Assembly (NCBI GenBank): GCA_020536535.1
Contig: JAHLWZ010000894.1
Location: forward strand, 1-56,432
Reading direction: 5' to 3'
Origin: Pelomyxa schiedti
Taxonomy: Eukaryota; Protista; Evosea
DNA length: 56,432 nucleotides
Position 1 is the first letter of the stretch. Each line of letters starts with the position of its first letter. This document shows positions 10,661-23,571 of the stretch, piece after piece. Position numbers and translations under genes: made by a program. The notes under the pieces are model-generated. The model was given only the letters and a program-made list of their open reading frames with translations, did not search any database and had not been told where the DNA came from.

Positions 10661-13600
10661 ATGAGCGGAGCCCGTAAGCCACTTCTCAGCGACGCGGAAA
10701 CGCCCCCTGTCACAGGAACAGCAACCGCAACATCAACAACCACCACGACGACAACATCAACTGGATCAGCTGGGGCTGTGATTCCTGGGACTCTGTCGGC
10801 GTCGGCTGGGATTGGGAGGACGGCGCCTCGTGCGGGCTACGGATACGTTTTCATCGTGTGCTTCGTGGCGTGCGTGTGCGTGGCGTCTGTGGTTGTGCTT
10901 TCCCTGCCTGAGACCTGGACTTGCTTTAAAGATCGTATGTTTGTTGTTTCGCCTCGCCCCCCCCCCTTTCATTTTGTTTTGTTGGCTGTTTAGTGGACAT
11001 ATCCCGTAATTTGGTAGTTGTTGTTCCGGGTTCTTTTCTGTTCACTAAAGGATTCGTTGAATGCGGTTTGGGGATTATTCAGAGGCAACTTATTATAAAG
11101 AACCTGTTGCACCATTGGAGATATTGGAATCTTATCCACCAGCAATATGCACGCCTGGATCGACGTTGGTAACCCTAAAGGGTTCTGGGTTCATAAAATC
11201 AGGAGGCGATTCACCCTTGCTCAGGTGAGTTTTGGTTTTTTTTTTTGAAACAAAAATATACTTTGGTGCTAAGTCCACAAAGCATTGCAGGGTACAGTAT
11301 TAATGGATCGACGCTCATAAACTGCACCAAAGCTCCAGTACTTTACATATAACAGTCAAGTAAACTCTTAGATGAAAACCAGGTTCGATGGCAAGATGTG
11401 TATGAATGCGATGGTATCCAATTCTCCATTGTGCTTCCGTCGACCCCCAAAACGTATTTCCTTTCTTTTGGTTTAACTGTTATAAAACAAATAAATGGAA
11501 GTTGTCTCACTTCGCACAAAATAGTTTGACATTGCCCTTAATAACAGTGGTCAACCCCACACCACCCTCAGTCCCTCTAGCAAGTGCTCAGGATGGAACT
11601 TGCAAGGGAGAAGCCCAAATCCTTTCATTCTTTCCTCCCCCGATTATAAGCGGTTAGTGCGCGATTAATTTACGCCTCCTTGACGAGTTATTTAGATTAT
11701 AATCCTCCTGCTATATGCCAACACACAACTCATGCTGTTGTAGTCACTGGTAAAAATTTCGTATCGTTTGATGGGGTCAAGCCCACTGTAACTTTGTCAA
11801 ACATGCTTGTTTCCAATACTTCACTTTCCAGTTGCTTGAATATCACTGTTCCTGGATTTTTACAAACAACCAACTGTTCTTCCGTAAAGCTTATTTTCGC
11901 GGCTGATGATTACACGTCAGTTCCAACAACAACCAACATCACAGTCACCAATCCGCCTCCTGCTGCATGCATAACATCGACAACATCCGGCAGCATATCT
12001 CCATCGTTTCTAATTCTTTCGCAGCCCTCTATCCTGTCTGCAACTCCCTCTATTACATGTGTCACCACATCGGTAAACATGAAAGTAACAGGGAGTGGAT
12101 TCTACGTAATAGACAATGTCAATCCCACACTCAAAGTGGGTGGTGTTACCACCAATATAGACAGTGTCTCCTCTTGCACATACGTGCTCTCAGGAAAGCA
12201 TCAGGTAGACAACAGCTTTTTACTCTATCCAGTAAAATGCGTTAGATACGTTCTTGCAACGAATTTCGGTACACGGCTCCTGTACAAACATTAAGTAACC
12301 CAACCCAGCCAAGTATTTCAGTCACCAATCCGGCTGGACTTTCTGACTGTTTTTCCACAAATACGGGAGTAGTCACTTATGTTCCCCCACCAACCCTCAC
12401 TTCTGCCTCTCCAGCTGAAGTTTGTGCTGCTTTGAGTCCACAGACTGTTACTTTGTCAGGATCCTTTCTCAGCATGAGTACAACAACGCCAAGTTTGACT
12501 GTACATACGAGCACTGTGCCCACTACACTCTCCCAGTGTACCAACTCAACAGTAGGACAGTACACTGCTTCTACATGCAGGCAAATGGCATTTTCTATGC
12601 CAGCTTTGAGTGTGTATGGAAATATCTCTCTTTCAGTGACTAGCTTTTGTGGTGTCACCACAAGTAGTTTACTGCGAAACGTGCCAAGTTCGACTATTTC
12701 CGCCATACGACCTCCAAACGTTTGTGTTGATGCTAGTACCAAAGTTGTTCTCACTGGAACGAATTTTGCCGTTGATCGTACAGCCAACCCCACCCTTAAA
12801 TTTGGTTCCGTTTCGGGGGCCATCAATGCAATGGGGGGTTGTGTCTATTCTACTACGGGGTTCCAGTTGTGCACATCAATAAACTCTACTGTTGTTGCTT
12901 CATCTCTGGGAGTTGGAGTATTCAGTGTGACTGTTGCAAATGGACAAACAGTATCATGTGAAACAACCAAAACAAATTTTCTAGAGGTTGTGCCACATCC
13001 CTCTGTTACTAACTGGACCACACAGTACTGTGAAAATGAAGGGGGTGAGGTAACATTGTGGGGGACTGGTTTTTCAGAAACGTGGTCAACTATAACTCTT
13101 ATCAGTGGAGGTTCATCGTTTGCCCCCTCTTCAATAACGTCAGTAACCTCCACCAAAATTTTGATGAACTTTTATGCCGACTCTGTTCCAGCTGGAGTTT
13201 ATGATATTGTCGTGAACAGTGCTGAATCTTGTAGCAGTGTTACAGCCGGTGGTTTGTCTGTCAATGCCAATATCATTGTACTTTGGTACCTTGACCCGCC
13301 ATTCGTCTATAACAATGTATCAACAATTGTCACACTATACACCACTGGTCTGGAATCACAAGTAGAAGAAGTTGTATTCACAGCATCTGAATATACACTC
13401 ACTTTTCTTAATGTGACACTTGTCACTGAAGGGGACTATAATGTGTTCTCTGTTGTCATCCCAAAAGGGGTGCCACCAGCCACCTATGATGTTGTAATCA
13501 GGAGTCCTAACACGTGCCATGCAGTTGGAAGTGTGAGTTTCCTTGTTTCCAATAATACAACTCCGACTTCAACTGTTTCTGTGTCACCCTCCTCCATATC

Positions 13601-16254
13601 TACACTGTCTAGTAGTACTATTGAACTTGTTGCTTCAGATTCGTCCTACTTCAATTCTTCTCACATATCATATATCTACCTCCTTCCTTGTGAAGAGTGC
13701 AACCTGGTTCAGTTATATTATGTCACTTTTGTTTCACCAGCTAAAGTAAGTGTAACTCTTCCAAGTGGTGTGGAAAGTGGAGTATATGACATTGTCGTTG
13801 TACGCTCAGATGGGGGTGTACTAACAGCACCTCTCAATGTTCTTGCATATGCACTGCCTAGCGTTTCTCGTATTACTCCAACAACTATATCCAACAGTAC
13901 AACTGTAACAATCTTTGGCACTTTCGGCAATATAACAGGAGTAAAACTGGTGCTACAGTGTGATTTGGGTGATACATACACAGATAACACGATTGCACGT
14001 GCCAATTCAACAACAATAATTGCAGTGGTGTCCACATCTCCCGCACCTGGATCAACTTGCATTATGAGCCTTTCGTTTGGTGATGGTACCTCCTGCTCTT
14101 ACAACTCTTTGGCCTATGTGGTACCTTCCTGTGCATTTTTGAGTTCGCCATCTAATTCATCGGTACTGTAAGTTGAAATCTAGATATCTCTTCAATTGGA
14201 AGCTGGAAGCAAGCCTTCCTCAACCAATATGTGGTGTTTCCACAAGCACAGCCTCCATTGGTGACAGGTGTCTTATGCTCCCTTTTTAACCTTTCCCTAA
14301 CCTTGAGACCCCAGAACATTCATGTATGTGCTTGGAGGTGATACCACCACTGCCTGCCAAGGGGCGGGGGCGGTAAACAGTGTGTATGTGGGAGAGCTTG
14401 ACCCTTTTGGAAGAATCTCTTCATGGAGAGCAACAACTAACCTCACTTCGGTATTGCATTTCGTGTTTGGATTGATTATCTCATTTTTTTCCTCCTCAAG
14501 CCAGTCTCCTTCGGCACAGCTAACAATGTAGGGCAATACCTATACTTTGTTGGGGGATACAAAGATGCAACTTCCTCAAATCAAGTTCTGAAAGTTCACC
14601 TCCTTAATCCCAGTGAACAACCTCAACTCACAGGTTACCCTCTATTATCCCTCCTTATCTTGAATTAATTTCTTCCCAGCTTCTCTTTCCTTTGCAGACA
14701 CAAGTTCCTTACTTCCGGGACTGTGGGTTTATCAAGTGGCGGCCGTTTACAGTAGTGCAAACGCAGCCAATCCAGGTAAACCTTTTTGCGGGAGCCTAAA
14801 TGTAACAATATCATTGGTACAACAAAAAAATAGGTGGAGAATCGCTGCCAAGTGAGAAGGTATCAGTTTATGTTCCTGATACCACCAACAGTGCTGTACT
14901 TCTCAACTGGACTTCCTGTCCCGATGCAACAAGGTGAATGGGAGACTATCCATACTGTCACTCACTCCCTTTTTTTTTGTTTTCAACTCCTGTGCAGTTA
15001 TCGTATTTATCGCACGGCCGCGGCCAGCACGCCAACATATGAGACTCTTTATCTGGCATCAACAGTTTCGACATCATTCGTGGACAGGTAGTACTTCCAT
15101 TTTTTACTTTGTATTTTCTCCAACCTCTTCAAGTGGATACATAGCTACAAATGTCCTACCCCACAAAATAGGAGACCTTGGGAGTTGGATTACCGAGTAT
15201 GATTTTCCTTCATATTAAAATGATTTCTCAAACCAATAAATTCTAAACTTTAATTGACTCTAGCCTTTCAATGGAGTTTCCTCGGTGGGGACATTCCACT
15301 GCCATTATCAAAGGAAGTTCTAACCAATACCTGATATCAGTATTCGGAGGTACACTACACCCTTTTCTATTTTGTACTTACTCCTAACAGGGTCCAGTCT
15401 TGCTAATACAATACAAGCCAATTATGAATCCACCAGAATTAGTATAGTACCTGCCACAAAAGCTCGTGCCCCTGAAGTTCAACAGATGTCTGCATGGAGT
15501 CAAGGATCTCGCACCATGACACATCTCACTTTTAGAGAAGTATGTATAACAATTTTTCCTCAGCTTCTGATATCTTTTGGTTAGAGCGTTGTTTTAACAT
15601 ATGACGAGATGGCAAGTTATGGCTCTTCTGACCAGGTTCAGTGTTTTCGCAAATTTTTTTTTTTTTTTTTTTTTACGATTTCTTGGCCAGGTGATTCTTC
15701 TTGGCTCAGGCTTCACAGGATCAGACCTAGCAACCACACACACTTACAATCATTACAGTGACTTCGACTTTTACTTTGAGCCGTACACTACCACTATGAC
15801 AATTCCTTTACAAACAACACATCTTGCAGCTGGCCTGACGTGACTACTGGACTGAACAGAGCTGCCTATTGCCTATTTGTGTCCGATGGCATGCTTTATG
15901 CCTTAGGAGGGAAAAACGGAACAAATCAGGAAACCCGGACGTGCTTGTTCATGAAACTCGGGTACACACAGAGCCACACCTAATGCCTTTCTCCAATCTA
16001 AATTTCGTTCACACAGAACAAGCACACCGCCCTCTGAGAATCCTATCACAAATTACAATGACTTGCGGTATTGTCCACAATATGCTGTCTCGCACCCAGG
16101 CTGTGCCACTGTATGCACTTCCCCCCCCTCGTTATCTTTGCTCTGTGCACCTTTTTTTCTCAACCACACAAACAAGGGCCGCGGTAACTTCTTCATGCTT
16201 GGAGGCAAATCCGGCACTGCATTATTATCCACAGTCCAAAGTGTACCTGCCTAA
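10661..16254 (+). CDS. Large type II membrane/surface protein with IPT/TIG-like Ig repeats, an FN3-like segment and kelch-like repeats
   Basis: N-terminal TM (YVFIVCFVACVCVASVVVLSL). Repeated P..C....V.L.G..F units. YLDPPFVYNN. Kelch-like MYVLGG/LYFVGGY/FFMLGG. GGESLPS...LNW...SYRIYR. Many short introns. Confidence 0.75.
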
Positions 16255-16471
16255 GTAATCACACTATCCCGTTGTTGTTTCCTTTATTTCATGCGTGGGT
16301 TGTTTCCGTGTAAAGATTTTTGCTAATGCCGGTAAACGCCAACGTGCTTTTTTTGGAAACAAAAAAGTGAAGGAGACCAATCATTTATTTTTTTGACATC
16401 TGGTAACGTTGGTTCAGGTGGAAAAAAGAACCAAAAGCAATAAAACCAACGAAATAAAAGAAACCGCATTA

Positions 16472-19400
16472 ATGGTGCGGATCCACGGGCAGACGGTTGC
16501 AGTGTGGCTTTTCCTTTGGATCTGCGCTTCTGCGTTTAGATCTCAGTATGTGTATGGAGCTGCGGTGTGCCCTCCGCTGCTAAACGTGGTTGCGACAACA
16601 AACGCAGTTGAAGGCTTGAAGAGAGAGCGTGGGTTCACTGTGGCGCAGCTGGCGGCGTCAGAAACAGTGCCGGTGATTGTCGACGGAAAAGCGCCAGAAC
16701 CTGACTTTGACATCTCGCGGATCGACCTCACTCCGATTGCTACCGCTGGGTTTCAGAGCAGTGTTACTTTTTTATGGTGGTTCGCGAATGACACTTCTTG
16801 CACTGAGACCGGCTCATCGGGTGTTGAATTTGCAGGCTCGTTTGAATATTCCTCTTCATGGGTGCTTTCAGCGTATCCCTCACTGCCACCTGTTCCTGGA
16901 CTGGAAGTCACCATGCCAGACAGTGAAGTTATCAAGGAAACCACAGTACCGACTGTTACTGGATTACAGAGTTCTGGCACTTCGTTTGCGAACTCTCAAG
17001 AAACAGCACTTTCATTTGATGTAACAGTGGAATGTGACGCTGATTTCATTGCCGCGGTTGAACTACGCCTTGCTTATGCATATAGTTACAGTGGTATCGG
17101 CTCTGACATTATACCGCCTTCAGTCGCCACTTTTGCCTTGAGATGGCAGTGTGCCGCCCGAGGTTGCCTAGCATGGTGTGGGGACTTGGTAGATGACTGT
17201 TATGACTACTGTGGCGAACATGGCGTATGCAACCACGACGCTGGCACGTGTATCTGTGATTCAGGATGGGTAGGTCCATTTTGTGGATTGGTTCTTGGAA
17301 TGCCGGAATCTATGTGCCCAAATGAGCTCTTATTTTTGAACTATGTCATACCGTATGCCTTTTGCTTTGTCAGCCAAATTTTCCAATCTACACACATAAC
17401 ATTCTTCAACATCGATCCCTAATATTGTACCTCAGTCCTACAATAGTCGGATACCCAAGAGCCCTTGAACTCTTATGGACAGGACTTAAAGTACCATCAG
17501 ATCTCTTCTACACTGAATGGCATTATTTCGTGACTGGATGTACTGCATGCCCTGACGTGTCGGATCCGATTATTGACATCGGATTGAATGGGAGTGGCTA
17601 TGTTCTCACTCCGTTGCGGCCAGCAATATATAGACTTATTGTAGCGTCTGATGCTGATACCTCAAGAGACTATTACATCAAATACTTCATTGTGAGCACT
17701 TGGGAAGAATGTGGCTTTGAATTGTGCTCAGTTGGTGGCAACAATACATGCAACAGTGATAAAGGCTGGGGAGCATGTAAAAGTGGCATTTGTTCGTGTT
17801 CCCAAGGGAGGTATTGGAACGATTGCTCCCGCGGTTGTTCGAAGTACAATAATATTACAACCAAGAGCGGTCAAATACAGAATGACTTCCCTCCAAGTGG
17901 GCTAACGGATGACATGCTTTACGCAAATTCCGCCAACTGTAACTGGCTTATCACTCCCGGAAGTGGCACTGATGTTATCACCCTCAACTTCACCTATGTA
18001 TGGATGGACCCGGCTGATACCCTTTCAGTTTATCTGGTGGGAGCTGATGGGGATACAGGGGATCTGTTAACTACGATATCATCCCCTGGACTCTTGACAG
18101 TACTTGCAAGTGAAGTTATAGTTCAGCTGAGGTCTGACTATGAGGCTGCCAGTCATGGGTTCATTCTCACGTATGCCTCAGAATCCAACCCACTACTGAA
18201 TCGTAAAGAAACGGCAATAGTGGTATCGGTGGCGGCTGCAGTCGGTACCATTGCCATTCTTTCTATCGGTATTTCTGCCAGCTGCTACATCGTTCGAAGA
18301 AGGAGAAGAATTCTGAGAGCACAACAGAACGCACCAGCAGAACCGCTTCCAGATGATGAAGTTAGCCAAGCGATACGGCGCTCCTTGACGGAGGTCAATA
18401 AAGACTTGAAGAAATCCAACATGGAGCTTAATAAAATATCCCTCAACTTCGGTGTTAGTGAGGGTGGCACATGTGAGGTAATGCAAAAATTGACTGATGA
18501 ACTCATCCTTAAAAACAATGGCGGGCAACCTGTCATTTACTGCTTCTATGTACCTCGCATACCCCATAAATTGGAGTTCAATATGTGTCCTGGGCAAGGG
18601 CGAGTTCCTCCACACCGTGAGTTGAAGATATCCGTGGAAGTGAAACTACTACTGACAACTCGCATTGAAAGCAACATAAAACTTGAAATTCTCAGAGAAG
18701 GCAACACGACCGCTACTCTCTTGCCATTCAGAATCGAAGGAATGGTGTCGACAAGACTCGATCCCGATGAAATCATGCTCAATCACACGCCTCTTGCTGC
18801 AGGTGCTTTTGGGTGTGTACCGGCATTCAAAAGTCATTTCGTAACGCTTCACTTAGGTCTGTTTTCCAGGGAATTTATCGGTCCCAATTAGTGGCAGCAA
18901 AGGTGTTGAAACATCAAGAAGCCTTTTTTGAAAAAGGTGCCTCCATTCTCTTATTTTTTTCTTTCTTACGCTCATTTAATTTATGCACCTAGAGTACGCG
19001 GAATTTGAGGCTGAGTGCACGTTGTTAAAGCAGCTGCGCCATCCTAACATCGTTGGTTTTGTAGGTGCTTCATATGTCACAGGTGGGTGTTCCTTCAGTG
19101 TGTAACTATCTTACGGGATACAAGGGAAGCTCTGTATTTGCACCGAGTTCATGGACATGGGAAGTTTAGAAAGATACCTCCAGAGTGATCAAGACATCCT
19201 CTATGCACTCATACTCAAATTTGCGTTGAATACTGCTGAGGCCATGGCTTTTATTCACAGCAACAAAATTCTTTATAGTCAGTTCCTTGTTTCGCTTTCT
19301 TTTATGCTCACACAGTTTCCAGGGGATTTGAAGTGTTCCAATATCCTGCTGGTTTCTGATAATCTGACAGCAACTGTCAACTGTAAACTTTCAGGTACAC

Positions 19401-21087
19401 AACTCACCATCACTACACCGGCACTCATGAAACTACACAGACTTTGGAACTTCGAGAAGTGTTGAAGATCCAGGTTTTCTCCCTTCCCAGGTCATCTCTC
19501 TTAACCGAAAATTAGAGGAAATAATTAGACGTACATCTGGCAAAGGCACAGCAATTTATATGGTGAATCTCAACTTCGCTATGCACATAATTTTTTTAAA
19601 GAACAAAATAGGCTCCAGAGCTTCTTGGCCATCTCCCCTACAACTCCAAGGTGAGTCTCAATTGAATCAACTATCTTCGAAGGTGTTTCTAAGATTTCTA
19701 GGTTGATGTTTTTAGCTTCGGTATCTGCCTTTGGGAAATGTGGTACAGAATTGAACCGTGGGAGGAGCTAATGTGTTGGGATGTTCCCAAGACCGTGATG
19801 GCAGGGAACCGCCCACCCATTGATGATGACATACCTATTGAATATTCCACACTCATGAAGCAGTGTTGGGAACAAGACTGTAATGCACGACCCGACTTCA
19901 AGAAGATTGCTGCCACACTTGCGAACTTGTACAATTCAGAAAAGTCACAAGTAGACGACTTGAGGAAAAAACAAGAAGAGGAAGAGAAGAAGAAAAAGAG
20001 AAGGAGACGGAGGAGGCATGATAAGAAGGGTTCTCACGGGAAAAGTAAGAGTCCCAGCAGGCACAAAGGGAAAACCAAGAGTCACAGCAAGAGTAGACCC
20101 AGAGACTCGGACCAAGAAGAGAAAGCACTTGTAAAAAAAAGCTCTAGTAAGGTTGTTTTGGATGAGAGAAAGCACACCCGCAACCCCAGTTCAGTAGCAA
20201 AGCCTCCTGGAAGTAAGCTTGATGTCGTGCATTCAGTTAACAAAAGTGATGCTAGCCGGCTGAAGGGGGAGGCTCCACCTCCAGCCAAGATTATACCAAG
20301 TTCCAGTAGACTGCACCTGACCCCAAATGCATCTCAGGAAAGAAAACCCACAGTCCCGCTCTTAAACCTGCCATCTACGGATGAACGCAGTACACCTGGT
20401 TCACAACCTCAAAAAACTTACACCGAACCAGAGATCGGAAGCTCAAGTGATAGCAAAAGTGGAAAGCACAGACACAAGGAAAGGAAAGGCAAGGGAAAAA
20501 AGCATTCAAGGAGGGGCAGGAGCCGTAGTCATAGCCGTAGCAGGAGCCAGAGCAGTAGCAGTAGCAGTAGCAGTAGCAGTAGCAGAAGTAGAAGTAGAAG
20601 CAATGGCAAGAGCAAGAGCAAGAGCAAAAGTAGTAGAAGCACAAGCCGAAGTGGGAGTAAAAGGAGCGGAAGCAAGAGCTCAAGTTACCATAAACATCAC
20701 CACCGCATTAAGAAAACGAGGACCAAAAGTGAAATAAGGATCGTGAAGAGCCCAAGTAAAATAGACCTAGGAGGATTCAAGAAGAGTGCTAGCAAACTCG
20801 ACCTTAATCTTGACACTTCAGAGTTTATTCGTAGTGCCAGCAGAGTTGGCAATCAGGAGGAAGATATACGTTTCCACAAGACCCCCGATATCAGAAACGG
20901 GAGCCGGAGTGACCTTCTGTCCGCCATTACCGGCGTAAAGAAAAGTGCAAGCAAGCCGGACCTGTCTTCCGCCACCCCGTTAATCTTGGACGAGGGCCAC
21001 ACTGGCAAGAAACCGCCGCGTAGGATCCTTCACAGAGCTGCAATGTCTAATACTGTGGAAATGAGCATCCTCAAGCACGGGGAGTAA
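16472..21087 (+). CDS. Transmembrane receptor kinase (signal peptide, EGF, CUB, TM, MSP/Ig-like juxtamembrane, TKL kinase, RS-rich tail), Entamoeba TMK-like
   Basis: EGF CGEHGVCNHDAGTCICDSGWVGPFC. CUB YANSANCNWLI. TM AIVVSVAAAVGTIAILSIGISASCYIV. STRLDPDEI...GAFG, VAAK, LRHPNIV, Y|RDLKCSN, S|DFG, YM|APE, DVFSFG. Confidence 0.92.
20509..20680 (+). repeat. Coding microsatellite (AGY/AGR) encoding RS/SK dipeptides and poly-Ser
   Basis: agcagtagcagtagcagt..., agaagtagaagt..., aagagcaagagc... Confidence 0.9.
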
Positions 21088-21336
21088 TTGTACATTACAT
21101 TACATTACCTACCTACACCCTGTCTACCAAACAGTGCACCCCCACCACACCGAGCTCCATTCAGCTCGACATTGTAAAGTCAAACAAAGTATTATTTATG
21201 AACCCTTAGATTCGTGCTTGAACAGATTTCCGTCTTAGCTAAAGCCGCACAGTCATCAAACCCAATCAACAACCTCTCGCCACCTGTCCTGTGTGCCTAA
21301 TCGCCTGTGTGTTTGGTAGTCCAGGAGAAAGAAAAA

Positions 21337-21911
21337 ATGAAGAAGGGCACAAGCAGCACTGGGACCAACACCAGCACTCTTTCAGGAAGTAAGACCGCGA
21401 GCCGTGGGAAAAAGTCTCTGTTTCAGCGCGCAATTAATCCGAGGGATGCTGCTGCCTTCACGACTGTATGGGCCAAATTGAACACTTTTTCCCCATTGAT
21501 ATTATATTATATAGGAGGAACTGCATGTTGTGGTGTATTGGATGAGACAAGCTCTTGGGATTGTATTAGGCCTAATTTGGGGTTTGATCCCACTAACTGG
21601 AGCACTGGGATTTATCTTGTGTGGCCCACTACCTCGTTCTTTCGTTCCACTCCTTATACTAACTATGTTTGTTGTTTATCAACCAGGTCTCTTGCATGCA
21701 ACATGGTAGTCACAGTGGTTTATGTTCGATATTTTGCCAGTAAAGTCAATGACGAGAGGGAATTCACTACAGAACTTCTTTTTGAAGGCCTGCCAGCATC
21801 TTTTGGAATGTTTGCAGTAAGTTTTTTTTTTAAACACACCCATTCTCACCATTTTTCCCCCTCAAGGTTTTATGGATTATTTCCTACACACTTGCCTATC
21901 ACTACAAGTAG
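21337..21911 (+). CDS. RAB5IF: RAB5-interacting factor / GEL complex subunit OPTI (Rab5ip family), 3 introns
   Basis: EELHVVVYWMRQALGIVLGLIWGLIPLTGALGFIL...TELLFEGLPASFGMFA|VLWIISYT matches the C20orf24 pattern. Confidence 0.88.
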
Positions 21912-22037
21912 AGAGAAACACTGAACTCACCAAGTTATTTACTTCTACCACCCAATGAGTGTTGGCTGTGGTTGCAGGACAAGGGGAACCGATAAAAAGC
22001 CAAAGTGAAAACCAACTCAACTAGTAGATGTGAGTTT

Positions 22038-22628
22038 CTATTCCGCCAAGTCCAGCATATAGCATTTGTGAGATAGCCCCGTAGGCGGGTACGTCTCGTC
22101 ATGCGAGTACTTGAACCCAAGCTTTAGCAGAACGTGCTTGGAGGCCTCGTTTTGCGGGTGATGCCCCGCGTACATCAGCCTCACTCCGAGCACGGTTTTG
22201 GCCCAGTTCATAGCAGCGAGAGCGGCTTCTGTAGCGTATCCTGAGCTCCAGTACTTGGATCTCAAATGCAGCCCCAGTTCAAACAGCGGCGTAGGCAGTT
22301 TCGATACGTCGCCGGTGTAGTTGTGCGACGCCGAGATCTCGTGTAGATCTTTGACGTGGAAGCCGCATACGCCGACAAACTCGCGATCTGCGGTTGTTGG
22401 CGGCGACGAGGCAGAGATCTTGGTGAACAGTGGGCAGTATTGCACGCCGTGTTGGTCGTAACTACGGATCTCCCGCTCGAGCCTGGCAGCCACCCAAGAT
22501 CTGTCAAAGGGACCACCAATGAGCCTAGTCACTGCCGGATCCAGCCACAACGACTCCGCCATACTCATGCACTCCGCATTGTCTGACCATTTACCAAACT
22601 GCAACCTACTGCTGCTGATCCGCTCCAT
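22038..22628 (-). CDS. GNAT acetyltransferase, RimJ/RimL type, intronless, bacterial-like
   Basis: LWLDPAVTRLIGG, GVQYCP, FVGVCG, ELGLHLRSKYWSSGYATEAA, AGHHPQNEASKHVLLKLGF..SHDETYPPTGL. Confidence 0.92.
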   Translation of the reverse strand: MERISSSRLQFGKWSDNAECMSMAESLWLDPAVTRLIGGPFDRSWVAARLEREIRSYDQHGVQYCPLFTKISASSPPTTADREFVGVCGFHVKDLHEISASHNYTGDVSKLPTPLFELGLHLRSKYWSSGYATEAALAAMNWAKTVLGVRLMYAGHHPQNEASKHVLLKLGFKYSHDETYPPTGLSHKCYMLDLAE

Positions 22629-22750
22629 CTCCGCGGTGTGAGTGTCTGATCTGCCGAATGGTTAAACGATTTGTTCGGGGCGCAGATCAAGATCTGAGTA
22701 ATTCTCATGATGGTTTCAGAGAAAAAATGGAAAAAAGGGAAAAAAAATGA

Positions 22751-23545
<795 letters not shown>

Positions 23546-23571
23546 CCAACTCTCCTCAATCGTCATGTAAT

